From NCBI GenBank assembly GCA_951804945.1, contig OX638156.1:35030001-35094000 (forward strand): DNA of 64,000 bases. The letters run 5' to 3'. This DNA comes from Podarcis cretensis (lineage: Eukaryota). The notes beneath the pieces were generated by a model, which was not told the DNA's origin, did not search any database, and saw only the letters and a list, made by a program, of their open reading frames with translations. Shown here in pieces: positions 49,343 through 61,588 of the stretch. The position numbers and the translations under genes are program-made. The first letter of the stretch is position 1. The number at the start of each line of letters is the position of its first letter.

Positions 49343-51073
49343 GCAATGCCTTTCCTGGGGATATCAGTGGTTTCCAAACTTCCCATTTTCACATTAATTA
49401 ATCTGAGAACACGTTCTACCCCTCAATATACTGCAAAGGATTCTAAGGCGGAGGTGGACTTCAGGCTTGTTGGATCTAATCTGTTTTTTCACCAGAACCC
49501 CAAGATCTACCAGTGAGAGCCGGGTGCAAAAGACATGCAGAGTGCCTCCAGACGATCTCTATTTGGGGCATTTAAAGTGGATTAAAAGGGTTCAGTCACC
49601 CAAGTGCAACAAATCCATTTTTTACACAAACTCCAATTTATAAAACAAGTCCCACTTTGCAGCACAGAAAATGATGGGGGAAGCTGTGGGATGAATGATT
49701 GACTAAGACGAAGATCTGTAAATCCCCTGGAAGCAAGTCAGGGTGAATGCAGAAGAAATGCTAAATGGCATATATACAAACAAATCAGAAGGAGTGTGCA
49801 ATGAAGACCAGACATAGTTGAACTACCATGTAAACAAATTAATATGAGTGCTGAATAAATGGAATGTCTGAAGGAGCCCATAGTTAGAATTAAATACCAG
49901 GGTGCCTCTGAGCTCATTTTTTTCCGAGCCCAGTCCTTTTGCACAAAAAATCCACTCCCTGTTAGCCATCTCCATTTCAGCAGCCTAAATTAGGTGAGAA
50001 AAGTCATTTTGCTGTTGCTAATGTTGAACAACTGAGAGATCAACCAGTTGCTGACCCCTGTTCCAGGACATGCTCTTGGTTCTTGCAAGTGTTCCAGATG
50101 GCCTCACATGACCCGAGTTTATCCTGGAGCACACCTAACATTTCCCTGTGTGTGCACACTAGAAGGGAAGTGGTAAACGAAAGCTTGCCTGCCATGCCTG
50201 ATTTGATTCTGAATGAGAAACCCCTGATAAGCTTCCAAGGAAGTCCAAGGCTCCTTGGAAAGCTGAGGTCTGAGCAATGAGGCAGCCAAAGATGAACTGT
50301 CCCTCTTCATTGAGGAAGATACATCCAATGAGCTGCAAATGTATGTGATGTCAGCTGATGAATCAATTAAACAAGTTAGTCTGCTGCAAGAGTTTAGGTT
50401 GGCTGACACACAACTAAAAGCATATTGAGTTGCTATAAACCATCTGTAGAGTTTCTGGAAAGAAGCTGTGGGAAGTCAGCTTGAAACAGGATTTCAGCTT
50501 TAAAAAAATGTCAGGGATGATGATGACATTCAAAAGACATTCCACTCCCCTGCCTTATTTGTCCTGCTGCTGCTACAGTTCATATAAACAAGTTGCAGAC
50601 TGAGAGTCAAACTGTATAAGCATGGAGATCTCCCGACAATCCTAGCGTTTGACTGCCTACAGGCCTCTTCTGAGCAGCATGATTCATAATCCAAGGGAGA
50701 GGAAGGCAAATGCAAGAGATGGGCCTGCTGTTCAATGAAACTAAGCATTTCTGCACAAGCACCCCTTCTGTCAGGGCTAGTGATCTGGAGCTGGAAAGCA
50801 GGTAGGCAAGGACAGGCACCCTGTGTTGCTCAAACTGATGAACCAGGGGACAGGTGGAAATATATCAGCCCCTTATACCAATTGATCATTGCTGGGCTAG
50901 AAGCTGTGACTGCTCAGGCCATCTGCAGTGGTGACAGTGCAGTGCAAAAGGTCAACAGTTCCCTCTCACTGGCAGATGACCAGCATGGTGCACTCTTGTA
51001 GTCACTTCCACCTGCATTGACCACCATACTCTTTTCAACCTGGTTGCATAAAATGCCTTTGCTGGCTTCTCAC

Positions 51074-51273
51074 CTGAACTTGCTGCTTCTGTGCATTCAG
51101 CATGTTGGGATCGATGGAGAGCGGGCCCAACACGCTCATCATGAGCTCCTTCTCCATCAGCCAGGGACGCAGCTGGCCCTCAGCCACCTGGAAGCTGGCC
51201 AGCTCGCTGGCTGATTTCTCCAACTTCTGCTGGCGCTCTGCTGTCACCTGGTTGGCATGTGCCCACCTGGAAT
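51074..51273 (-). CDS. MACF1: MACF1 exon (NSRWAHANQ...AQKQQVQ), 200 nt, phase 1-0
   Basis: cattcag|AT acceptor restores the NSRW junction, CAG|gtgag donor. Confidence 0.94.
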
Positions 51274-53202
51274 CTGAATGCCAGAAACACCATGACTGGG
51301 TACATTCCCTCCACAAAGGCTTCCATAGGACTCATTGGCTACGGGTGAATGAAGGCCTCTAAGGGAAATACTTGATCAGGTATTTACAGCAAGAGTGGGA
51401 AAACTCAGGCCCTTGGGCCAAATGAGGCCAGGTCTCCCCTCCCCAGGTGACATGGGCCTAGGTGGTTGGGACATGGTCGTCACAGCATGCAGGCATGTGT
51501 ATATGCATATGGGTGTGGGGTGGCCTTGCCCTGTATGAGCTCTGGCCACACCTACTTTCATTTCTACCCTGCTCATGGCTAGAATGTGGCCCGATGGAAG
51601 GTTAAGTCTGTCCCTCCTGATTTAACTGAAGATACTGCAGACTGAACCCAAAATTTAACGCAGGTGCACACTGTGTCCTACCCCCACGCTAAGGGCTCCC
51701 CCTACCCGCAAAATGAGGTGGTGCACCTGATCTCAGCTGAATGGCAGAGCCTCCTCCATGAGCTTTTGGAAAGATTCCATACAATGCTTTTCATTGGCTC
51801 AGTTCCTATGCAAACAGGGAGTGTCTCCTCTCAACAAACAGAGGTGGAACTGCTCTTAAAACTGCTCGTAAAAAAAAATCTTTTCAGGGGAAATTTTGGC
51901 AAATGAAGCAGTTTCAATATTCTTTTGCAAATATGAATTACAGTTTAAGCAAACATTTAAAATGTCAGGCTTCATCTTTCGTGGGGGTGGGGGTGGGAAA
52001 TCACACCGCATTCCTCCAAAATAACAACAGTAAGACTGCAGTAGCTTGGGCAAGCTGACAGGCACAATCAGCTCTGACACTCATTCAAAAACTAGATCAT
52101 GCTATGTGCTAACTAATGATTTCTGGCTGCTTCAGAAATAAAATGTCATTATAAACTGGCCAGGACATGAGCCTGTTCTACCCAGATTTGGAGTGGGCTG
52201 TGCAAGGGAAAGTCTGGAAAAGGAAACACAACCAAATATGAGGGTAAGGGAACTCTTGACTATAAGGCATGCCCACAACTGCAAGCTTCAGAGTCTGCAA
52301 CTGCTACACACTACTCAGGAGGGCCTTGTGCAACTCCATCTCTCTGGCCAGTGTGGATCCTCTGTTGCATGCAGAACAGGGAGTGGGGTGGAGAGAGACC
52401 ATGCACTCAGCCTGGGAGGGGCTAGAGCTCCCAAATGGAAAGAGCTGCACATTCCTGTGGAATAATCCACTGGGCCAACCCTGTGGGAAATGAATGCACA
52501 CCCACACACATGCACTTAGGATGGCCCCTTTTCTCACACCAAGGATAACTGCCTAAGACACACCTCCTCTCTCAGCCTCTCCACCCCCCGATTGCTGAAC
52601 GCTCTTCTCTGCCTGCTGCACATGCTTTCTCCACTTGTGATAGCCTGGTTTGTTCAGAAGCAGGATGTGCTGGCCTGCTTGCCACCAAAGAGGTTTACCT
52701 GATGATACCCCAAGAATGTCAGTAACACAATTTCTAAATGACTCCCCCTCCTCAGCCAGCACAAGACATTTTGCTTCTACAGGCAAGGACAAGATGGCAC
52801 CCCTCATTTCATACACAGATGCTGACTGGACTGGTAGCTGAATCTTATTTTGATACTGGTGATAGGACAGCAGCGCCCTGAGCATAGCAGGCTTCTTTAG
52901 GGGGCACAGAGTAGGCTGCTGTCCGCCATCTCACTGCCATTCCCTGGCCTTCAGCATCTGCCGTCTGAGGCAGCCAGCTCTCATTCACTTCCACAGCACT
53001 AGAGTTAAGAGAACTTCCTGGACCTTTGGCTTCCTTGTCTTGCTTTCCACACTTTCCCCTTAGCCTACAGTCCTTTCCCGACTGCCACGGCACCACCCAC
53101 CGCACAGTCTATATTTCAGCTGAGCTCTGCTTTGCCTTTCTAGAACTGGCCCAGTCTTGCTCAGCCCCAGATGACTTTCTCAGAGGTCTCTGGGTCACAT
53201 AC

Positions 53203-53332
53203 TTAAGTCCTCCAGCATCCGCTTCCAATTTCCTGCTTCTGGCGATTCGGGATATTTCTCCAGGAGTCCAGAAAGAGACTCTTTTGCTTTCTGGACTTTC
53301 ACAGCATTCTGCTCCAGCTCAGCCAGAAATGC
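53203..53332 (-). CDS. MACF1: MACF1 exon (AFLAELEQNAVKVQK...KRMLEDL), 130 nt, phase 0-1
   Basis: cctgtag|GCA acceptor, TTAA|gtatg donor; read by hand. Confidence 0.93.
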
Positions 53333-54254
53333 CTACAGGGTCATGGGCAGGGAGGGGAGAGAGCCACAAGAGACAATTGCAATATTATTATTATTCTTAG
53401 AAACATAATATGGTTTGTTTGTGGATTTGATGAAGCAGCAGAAATCTCAAGGTGTGGGGTGGGTGGGTGGGTGGGAAGAAAAACAGCTGCCATTTACAAG
53501 GGATTTAAGTGCCACATGCATTTCAAGCTGGGCCTGGTCATGAAGGGCAGAATCTAGAAAATACTATAAAATAAGCACACTTTGAACTTTTCTGAAAAAG
53601 ACAACACACCCAACAACACTTCCACTGATAACCAGAAATATATTACAGGCCATAATGCAAAGCCACATAATGAACTCTCAGGGCAAGTCAGTTTGAAAAA
53701 TGCACAATAATTTTTCACAACACATAGAAATGTGTTTATAAATGCAGCTTTGTAAAGTATCACCAGTCAGACCAACTCAGACTGATTGCCAATCCTGAGA
53801 GACAGTGCTTCATTCTCCAGTTTTGTTAAGTCAGTTGCAGTAGCAGATTTTCAAAATTAGACTCTCAGGGCTGCAAGGCCACCATCCAGTCAGCATTTAA
53901 GGGACATGTTATCTTTAAAATACATTCATCAGTTTCAGGTGGCTCTTCAGAAGTGTTTGTTAGCATTGAACCTTTTGTCTGCTTAGGGCCACACTATGTT
54001 ATTTTGGCCAGGCCTTCCTCTTTGACAGATCAGATGAACTTTGCTCAGTTACTTCCTCCATGTCCAGTGTCAGGAATTTACCTTCTTGTCCTCAGATTAC
54101 TGCAACATGTTATAAGTATGGCTGCCTCTAAAGACAGTTCGGCAACTTCAGCTGGTGCAGAATTCAGCACCCAGGTTACTGACCGGGGCAGGATGATTTG
54201 AATATATTACAAAGATACTGGCCTGACTGTACTAGCTGCCAGTTAGTTTTGGGG

Positions 54255-54728
54255 CCCAATTAAAAGTGCTGGTTTTAACCTATAACCTTAAACGACTCAG
54301 GACCACAATACCTCCAGGACTGCCTCTCTTCATATGAACTTAACTGGGCCCTGAGATCACCATCTGAGGCCCTACTTCATGTGCCTCCTCCATGATAGGA
54401 ACTGAGGGTGGGAACATGAGAACATGAGAACAGGCCTTTTCTGTGGTGGCTCTCCACTTGTGGAATGCTCTCCCCAGGGAGGCTCACCTGGCGCCTTCAT
54501 TATACACCTTTAGGCACCAGGAGAAAACAATCCTCCTCATCCAGGCCTTTGGCTGATTACACCCAATACCCTTTTTAATGTCTTGTGGGTGGTGGATACT
54601 TAGTTTGCTCTTGCTTTTATTATGCATTTTGTATTTTTTGGGGTCTTGCATTTTTATGTTGTGAACTGCCCTGAGATCTGTGGATGGAGGGCAGCCTACC
54701 AACTTAAATAAATAAATAATAAAATAAA
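54255..54728 (+). mobile_element. L2-clade LINE 3' end, decayed (similar remnants near 34880-35250 and 48990-49300)
   Basis: gccttttctgtggtggct...tggaatgctctcccc motif and (AAAT)n tail. Confidence 0.78.
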
Positions 54729-55082
54729 AACACTTTCCCTTCTGTACTCCCTTTTTAATGCTACGTCTGGGGCCCTGCTTAGTTTTTTGGATTGCGCATA
54801 AAGGCCTTAAACCACCTGTGGTTGTCACGGTGCAACTAGATTCTTGTCATTAAGCTCAGTGGCTGGCCATGCACCAGCACCAACAGTTAGATCAGCCTTA
54901 TAAAAGAGTACCTCCTGTGCCAGATCTATAAAAATGACCACTTCCAAATTGCGTATCTTTGCGATATCCCCCCCCCCCCAAAGTTATTTCATGTATGGAC
55001 GTTCTCCCCTTAAATTATCACGAACTGCTGCAAACAAAGTGAGGAGGTACATTTCAAGGTATGTATGAATAACAATAGGAAC

Positions 55083-55324
55083 CTTGTTATGGTCCGCCTG
55101 AGCCCTCATCGTCTCTGACTTGGTAGGTGAGGAGGAAGCTTCCAGCGCGGTCAAGGCCCGCTCCTTTGACTCCAGCCACTTCAGCACGGAGCCCACCTCC
55201 TCCTGGACATCTCTCATCTTGGCCAACATGGAGGACAGCTGCTCCTGGTGCCCCCGTAAGGTGGCACCAAGCCCCTCATACTGCTGGTTGACATCTGACA
55301 CGTCACACTGGATCTCTGTCAAAT
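55083..55324 (-). CDS. MACF1: MACF1 exon (DLTEIQCDVSDV...AQADHNK), 242 nt, phase 1-0
   Basis: gtttag|AT acceptor, AAG|gttcc donor. Confidence 0.94.
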
Positions 55325-56069
55325 CTAAACAAAACAAAAAAAAGAGGGGGAGGACTGAATCTGAGCTGGAGAAATGATTTCATTTCCATATTGATGTTAA
55401 TATAAAGATAAAAAGTTAGAGATGTGTTCATATGGACAAAGACAGGACACCTAAGCAGATCAGCTGAGGTGATTCCAGGGGTACCTATGTGGTTGTACCT
55501 GTGCGGTTCACAGGCACACCAGCTATACATACAAATGTGTGCTTTCCATACATTCTGATGGAAGGCAGGGCCAATGAAGTCACAGAAACAGGAAATGCCA
55601 AGTTATTCGCCATGCATTTGAGAACAGACCAGACATGAGTTCCAAAAGGCACTTGAAATAAGCCAGTCTTCCCTACCCTGGTGCCCTCCATGTGTTTTAG
55701 CCAACAACTCCCATGAGCCCCAGTTGCATGTAGTCCAGCAACAGGTTGTGAGGAGGCTGTTCTAAACCCTCCCCCAAAATATTCACTTCACACAGAAAAA
55801 CCTTTTGCTCTTATTCTGCAAGTTCTCAGTATTTGCTCTGACTCCCACCATCTTGGCCTGAGGAGCAGCAGGCAGGCCTCACAATTTGGTTGAGGTAAAG
55901 CAGTCAGACTGTTGTGAGAAGGTATCCTCCTTGGACACCAGGTGAGGCTTGGGAGGGGGAGGGAAAGGACCCTGCAAAGTTTTTATTCTGCAGCATGCCC
56001 TCTTCCCTCTCCACAGTTCGAACGGAGGGGACACATGCTCTGGGGTTAGAGCAGCACCTTCTTTTCTCC

Positions 56070-56214
56070 AGCTGCTTTATATCAAGCCAGACCATTGGTC
56101 CAGCTCACTCAGTGTTGCTTGGACTGACTGACAGCAGCTCTCCAGGGTTTCCGACAGAGGACTTTCCCACCTGGAGATGCTGGGGATTGAACCTGGGCAG
56201 GTGCTCTACCAGTG
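56070..56214 (-). mobile_element. Squam2-type SINE (further fragments near 16055-16625, 30510-30605, 58965-59178, 63375-63425)
   Basis: reverse-complement similarity to 10776-10963. Confidence 0.72.
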
Positions 56215-56580
56215 ATATTTTGCCTTGAATACAGGGGACAACAGTGGGCACCCAAACACAATCTCCATCCATAAGGGATAGAGGATGCATTGGAATACCA
56301 GCTGCTGGGGATCACAAGACAGTAGGAGAGAGCTGCTGCTATACTCAAGTCCTGCTTGTGGGATTCCCATTGGGGCATCTGGTTGGCCACTGTGAGAACC
56401 GAGGACTGGACTCGATGGGCCCCCTATGGCCTGATCCAGCAGCCAGGCTCTTCTTCAGGGTAACCAGCAACATGTGCCTCGGCCTTACCAACTTCCCTGT
56501 TACTTTGAGAGAACAACAGGACAACACCAGCCACAGGACACAACTCACACAAGCACGCATAACAGTCTGGGCTCTCTCAC

Positions 56581-56643
56581 CTTTGCAGGTGTGATATCCA
56601 TTAACGCTGCCTACAGAACTTCCCCCAGCGGGCAGCACAGAAC
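56581..56643 (-). CDS. MACF1: MACF1 small exon (GSVLPAGGSSVGSVNGYHTCK), 63 nt, symmetric phase 1-1
   Basis: cgctcag|GT acceptor, AAAG|gtgag donor; matches recalled mammalian GSILPSVGSSVGSVNGYHTCK. Confidence 0.92.
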
Positions 56644-57187
56644 CTGAGCGAAACAACAGGGAGACAAGACAAAATGACAAAGACAAAACATGTTAGAAAT
56701 ACGGGCGTCTGAAAACACATGTAAGCTGTGCCCTTTGAAGCCATAATACAGCCCTTTCTAGGAGGCCACGAAGGGGCTATGTGCAAACAGAGACCAACAT
56801 CTGAGAGGGGATGTTGCTGTTTTTACAGCATCCACAGGACAGCTTCAACAGCATCGAAGTGGCAGCCCAAACTTTTGAAAACAGTGGGTCCCAAAGTAGG
56901 CGATACTGCCCTGGGAGCAGTATTGCTTAGTGGGGTGCCAAGAGGCAAATGGGGGGGGGTGAGGGGGATGCTGGAGGTGCAAATGACTACCAAACATTGA
57001 AAAGCTGGCATTACTGGATCAAGTTCATCAATTTTGTTGAATTAATTCAACTAAATAGATTTAATTGGATTTTGATTAAATGTGCAATTAATTATTCCTG
57101 TTTAGAATTTTATTGTGCTATTAGTGGGTTGTGCAAACTGCTATTCTGAATAATGCTTTTTATAAGGTAGGGTACAGGGCACTGGGA

Positions 57188-57551
57188 GGGACACAGGTGG
57201 CGCTGTGGGTTAAAGCCTCAGCGCCTAGGACTTGCCGATCGAAAGGTCGGCGGTTCGAATCCCTGCGGCGGGGTGCGCTCCCGCTGCTCGGTCCCAGCGC
57301 CTGCCAACCTAGCAGTTCGAAAGCACCTCCGGGTGCAAGTAGATAAATAGGGACCGCTTACCAGCGGGAAGGTAAACGGCGTTTCCGTGTGCGGCTCTGG
57401 CTCGCCAGAGCAGCGATGTCACGCTGGCCACGTGACCCGGAAGTGTCTCCGGACAGCGCTGGCCCCTGGCCTCTTGAGTGAGATGGGCGCACAAGCCCAG
57501 AGTCTGTCAAGACTGGCCCGTATGGGCAGGGGTACCTTTACCTTTACCTTT
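57188..57551 (+). mobile_element. Full-length Sauria SINE (Squam1), young copy
   Basis: tRNA-like head with A/B boxes, (ACCTTT)n tail, perfect 14-bp TSD tacagggcactggg at 57173-57186 and 57552-57565, CpGs largely retained. Confidence 0.93.
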
Positions 57552-58351
57552 TACAGGGCACTGGGGATGAGTTTATGGAGTCAAGGGGGCAGTGGCCCAA
57601 AAAGGTGTGGGAGCCATTGTTGAATAATGGTTAGAAATAACTCATTATACTTCTGCAGTGATTGCTGGTGTGGAAGCTCGTTAGCACATTTTTTGCTGTG
57701 GGTGTTTTATCTGGGGGGGGGGACGTTTCCATGGAGATTGTCTATTGCAACAACCTGACTTCTGCTGGATCCTCACCCAAGTGCACCTCTACCAGCTTGT
57801 TTCCGGCAGCCCCCAATGCCAAACAAAAGGCCCTCATTTCCACTGATGGCCAAATGCCTGGTTCAGAGGAGATATTCTCTCAAAAGCTCTGCAAGCAAGA
57901 GACTGTGATTCTAGTACACATATCAGCCTAAAGAATCCATAATAACAATGTAGAACTCTTGCACAATATGTTTTTATCACTCTTGCATAAGACTTTATTA
58001 TTTAAAACAAAACAAAACAAACAAACAAACAAAAAACAGATGGAGATGAATATTTCTCCCCACGACAAAAAAGCACAAGCCTCCATTACGCCCACTGCAA
58101 AATATGAAAACTGGCTGAAAACATTTGCTCTAGTGCACTTCCTGGTTTGTTGTTCATTTTTAATTAAAGTTGTGCACTGGTACAAAAATATCGCCACATA
58201 TGCCCAAATGTGGACCATTTCATGGAACCTCTCTATGATAAAGGCTGTGTGTAAATAAAATCCCACCCCCAAAGGTGGTTCATTGTTGTCTCAGTAGCCA
58301 GTAGTGATGACATGTCACAACCTCAGCTTCGGGTGTTTGCCTGAAGCTCAG

Positions 58352-58458
58352 TTCCTTGTCGTTGCCTGGGTAACAACAAGGAAGACACCAAAGAACAATC
58401 TCCATGAAGTCATGTGGCTTGGTACTGCAGCAGGAAGTAATCCTGTCACCTGGGAAAC
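58352..58458. promoter_or_regulatory. Candidate RFX enhancer: two X-boxes
   Basis: GTTGCCTGGGTAAC 58361-58374 and GTCACCTGGGAAAC 58445-58458, with an ETS site CAGGAAGT between them. Confidence 0.45.
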
Positions 58459-60004
58459 CAATGTGACTGACCTTTGCATATATTAACACTGTAAAGTGCG
58501 GGGCCAACAACACAAAAGCAGTATTTGGGCGGCTATTATGTTGCCCAATTCATGCACAAATTGAGCCACAATTCATTTTAGAATGATGGATGTGACTGGG
58601 AGAAAAAAGCCTCAGCATAAACAAAATTAGCACAGCACAAGACCACACAGCTTTCTCAATACTTCTTCCCCCACATTTTATTGAGTCCTGGGAACCAAAT
58701 ACCAGGGGGAGCTATATATGGTTCAGAGAACAGGAGGGCAGACTTCAGGTTTGTGAGGTCTAATAAACCCCCAAGATCTACTAACAGAGCCAGGTGCAAA
58801 AGATACACAGTGAGACTGAAAGAGAAGCATATTCTGAGTGAAGGAATTTGCTTTCAGAGCAAAGGCTGAACTGAGTTCACAGTCCTAGTTGCCACAAGCA
58901 CAGCAGTTCAGACAAAGGGCATGTCCAGGACTCTGTCTGCTCGGGTCTTGTGGGTTCACTGGAACAGAAGAAGCTACCTTATAGAAAGTTGGACTATTGG
59001 TCCATCAGCAGGCTTTACGTGGTTTCAGGCAGGAGTGTTTCATCAACCCTCCTTGGAGAGATTAAAAATGGGACCTTCTGCACACTAAGCATTTTTTAGT
59101 TATTTTAATTTATATACTGCCCTTCTCCCATTGATCTCAGAGTGGTTCACACAAAGCATGTGCTCTACCACTGAGCAGCAGTCAGCTGCTGCAACCTGAA
59201 GATTCAGACAAGGGGCGTGTAGAGGTGTGGCCTACGTCATGCTTGCTCATCCCTTGCCCTTCATGGATAATTACATCTAGGAGAAGAAGAAAATGAACTG
59301 CCTGCATCCAGGTGGCAATCGATGGCTTTTAGGAGAGAAGGTCTCTTGAAAACCAAAGTCATCTTAGGTCTCAAGGATGGATAACATCTGTTAGACACTA
59401 GGGAACATCCTCTTCCTGAGCAAGGTGCTTGAGCAGATGGTGACCAAACAACTGCCACATTTGAGTATTATTTAGCTGTTAATCCACTCCCCCACCTCAT
59501 TCAAATCAGAGCAGAGTGATCCACACCTGCACATATTTGAATTTGTACTTGAGGAACAACTTCAGTCATCCCTATTCATCCCCAAAAGGCATTTCCTTTC
59601 ATGGCCATCCCTGCCTTCTAATTTGTTGATTCTATTATGCTAATTAAGTACCAACAGGGCATGTTGCTGAAAGCTGCATGGACACCTTGTTCTTTAAAAA
59701 AACCAGCCCGCCCAAGAAATGTGCAAAAGCACAGTCAGGCAACTGTAAATTCTCTCTCACACTTTTCTGGCTTTGTGCAATTGAGGGCATCAAAAGGAAA
59801 ATAGGGAGAGAAGGAGAGAAGGGGTATAGATAGGGTTAAGCTCTTGACATGCCCTTACCAGCGGGGTGGAAAAGAAATGAAAGCTATTGATAATTCTCAG
59901 CACACACTTTTTAGGTTGCTGCACAATATATCTGTTGCAGCCATTTTTAATGTGGTTTGCTTGTGCAGTTTTCTGGTTTTGTGCAAATCTGACTAAGCAT
60001 GCGG

Positions 60005-60192
60005 AAAAACTTTCTGACAGTAAGAGCTGTTTGGCAGTGGAACAGAGTGCCACGAGAGGTGGTGGAATCTCCTTCCTTGGAGGTTTTTAAGCAGAGGTTG
60101 GATCTGTCATGGATGCTTTAGAGAAGATTCCTGTATTGCAGGGGGTGGACTAGATGACCCCTGGGTCCCTTCCAACTCTAAGATTCTATGAT
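60005..60192 (+). mobile_element. CR1 LINE 3' end
   Basis: NFLTVRAV.QWNRVPREVVESPSLEVFKQRLD, then ggtcccttccaactct and the ATTCTATG terminal octamer. Confidence 0.88.
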
Positions 60193-60964
60193 CAAAAGAA
60201 AAAAAGTTCCCCTCTGGAGTGTACTGGGAAAAGTTGCAAAAACAGCTGGAAAAGCAACGAAATCACTGAGGAAGTTGTGGGCATGGAAACGGGAGTAGCA
60301 GAAAGTGACAATCTAACCACCCAAAAATACCAAAACAAATGGTCAGCGACCCCAAGTGGAGTGGTTTGGAATCTAATTTCCTGCAAGGGAAGAAGTATTG
60401 AATTTAATCTTGTCCAAGGGTTACACGTATTAAATGGAGACGCAAACAGCTGCAAAAACACTGTAAACTCCAGGGTGGACAAGCCCCCAATTCAATCTGG
60501 GTCTTGGCATAGAAACCAGATTAGTCACCCTGATAAATGATTTATGTCAAGAGAGTGATGGAAAAGTGCTACCGTACTGAATATCCAGGACCACTCATGA
60601 CTTCCTGTATGTTCTAGGTTGCCTCTGTAGGTTAGGAGTTGTGGGTATGGCCATCCAGTGGCTTCACTCCACTTCTGGTGATTTCCAGAAGATGGCGCTG
60701 GGGGACAACTGCTCAGCCCTGTGTCATTTATACTATGGGGTCATGCAAGTCTTCATCTTTTTTCCTTTTTAGTCTGCTAGGCTTTTAAAACGTTTTACTA
60801 CTTGAAATTCTGGTTTTCTGCTGCTCTGCTTATTCTTTCATTGATGATTTTTTTGACTTTTTATAGCAACTTGCTGTATTTTGCTGCTTTATGTGCTGCA
60901 AAAATCCCTGGAATCATGGATGAAGGGCAGTATAAAAATCCCAAAATGAGTATAATTAAATAAA

Positions 60965-61103
60965 TAGAGCAACCTTCACCTACTTGGTGCCCTCCAGATG
61001 TTTTGGACTAAAATTCCCATCTGCCCCAGCTAGTATGGTTGGGGCTGATGGGAGTTGTAGTTCAAGACATCAGGAAGGCACTAGGTTGGTGAAGGCTGCT
61101 CTA
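60965..61103. mobile_element. Palindromic MITE (hAT-like non-autonomous DNA transposon), best-preserved copy
   Basis: whole element is an imperfect inverted repeat: ccagatgttttggacta...cccatc / gatgggagttgtagt...catc. Confidence 0.8.
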
Positions 61104-61470
61104 CTTGGAATAGAGAACTACAGCTGAAGTTTCAGGCAGAAATGGGTCTTCTTGAGATCCTTTAACTAAGGTAGCCTGGGGACTGAAGTGCTCCACCACA
61201 TGGTCTCTGACCATCAATGTGAACACAAAACAAGAATGCCAGAAATGGGCCAGATCTTCCAAGATCTTATGCAGAGTGCAGAAATGCTGAATCAGGACAA
61301 GCCTTATGGCTTATTCCCCAATCCACCCCCTGCCACACACCTCAAGTTTCTATGGTTTGGACAAATCAGCAACTGAAGTCAGGAGGGCTCCCAAAGTGGA
61401 GGAAGGACTGTGCTGTCTCTGTGGTCTCCAAACAGCTTTGAAGACACATGCCCCTGTCTCTCTCACCCAC

Positions 61471-61588
61471 CTGACTTGGACTGGGCATCAGGAGCTGTAA
61501 TCTCAACTATCAGACTCTCCAAGGCCGTCCCCCTGCGGTTGATCTCATCCACAAGAACTCCTTTCCCTGTCCATTCTTCCAAGATCAC
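61471..61588 (-). CDS. MACF1: MACF1 exon (VILEEWTGKGVLVDEINRRG...APDAQSKS), 118 nt, phase 0-1
   Basis: ttaacag|GTG acceptor, TCAG|gtggg donor; absent from ORF track, read by hand. Confidence 0.92.

Noticed and set aside
57188-57265. tRNA-like sequences at SINE heads (also 10776 and 62773)
   Set aside because: SINE-derived; continue into SINE bodies and lack a complete cloverleaf
58303-58471. C/D snoRNA-like boxes (GTGATGA...CTGA) on the plus strand
   Set aside because: Antisense to the host gene, long, and without a terminal stem
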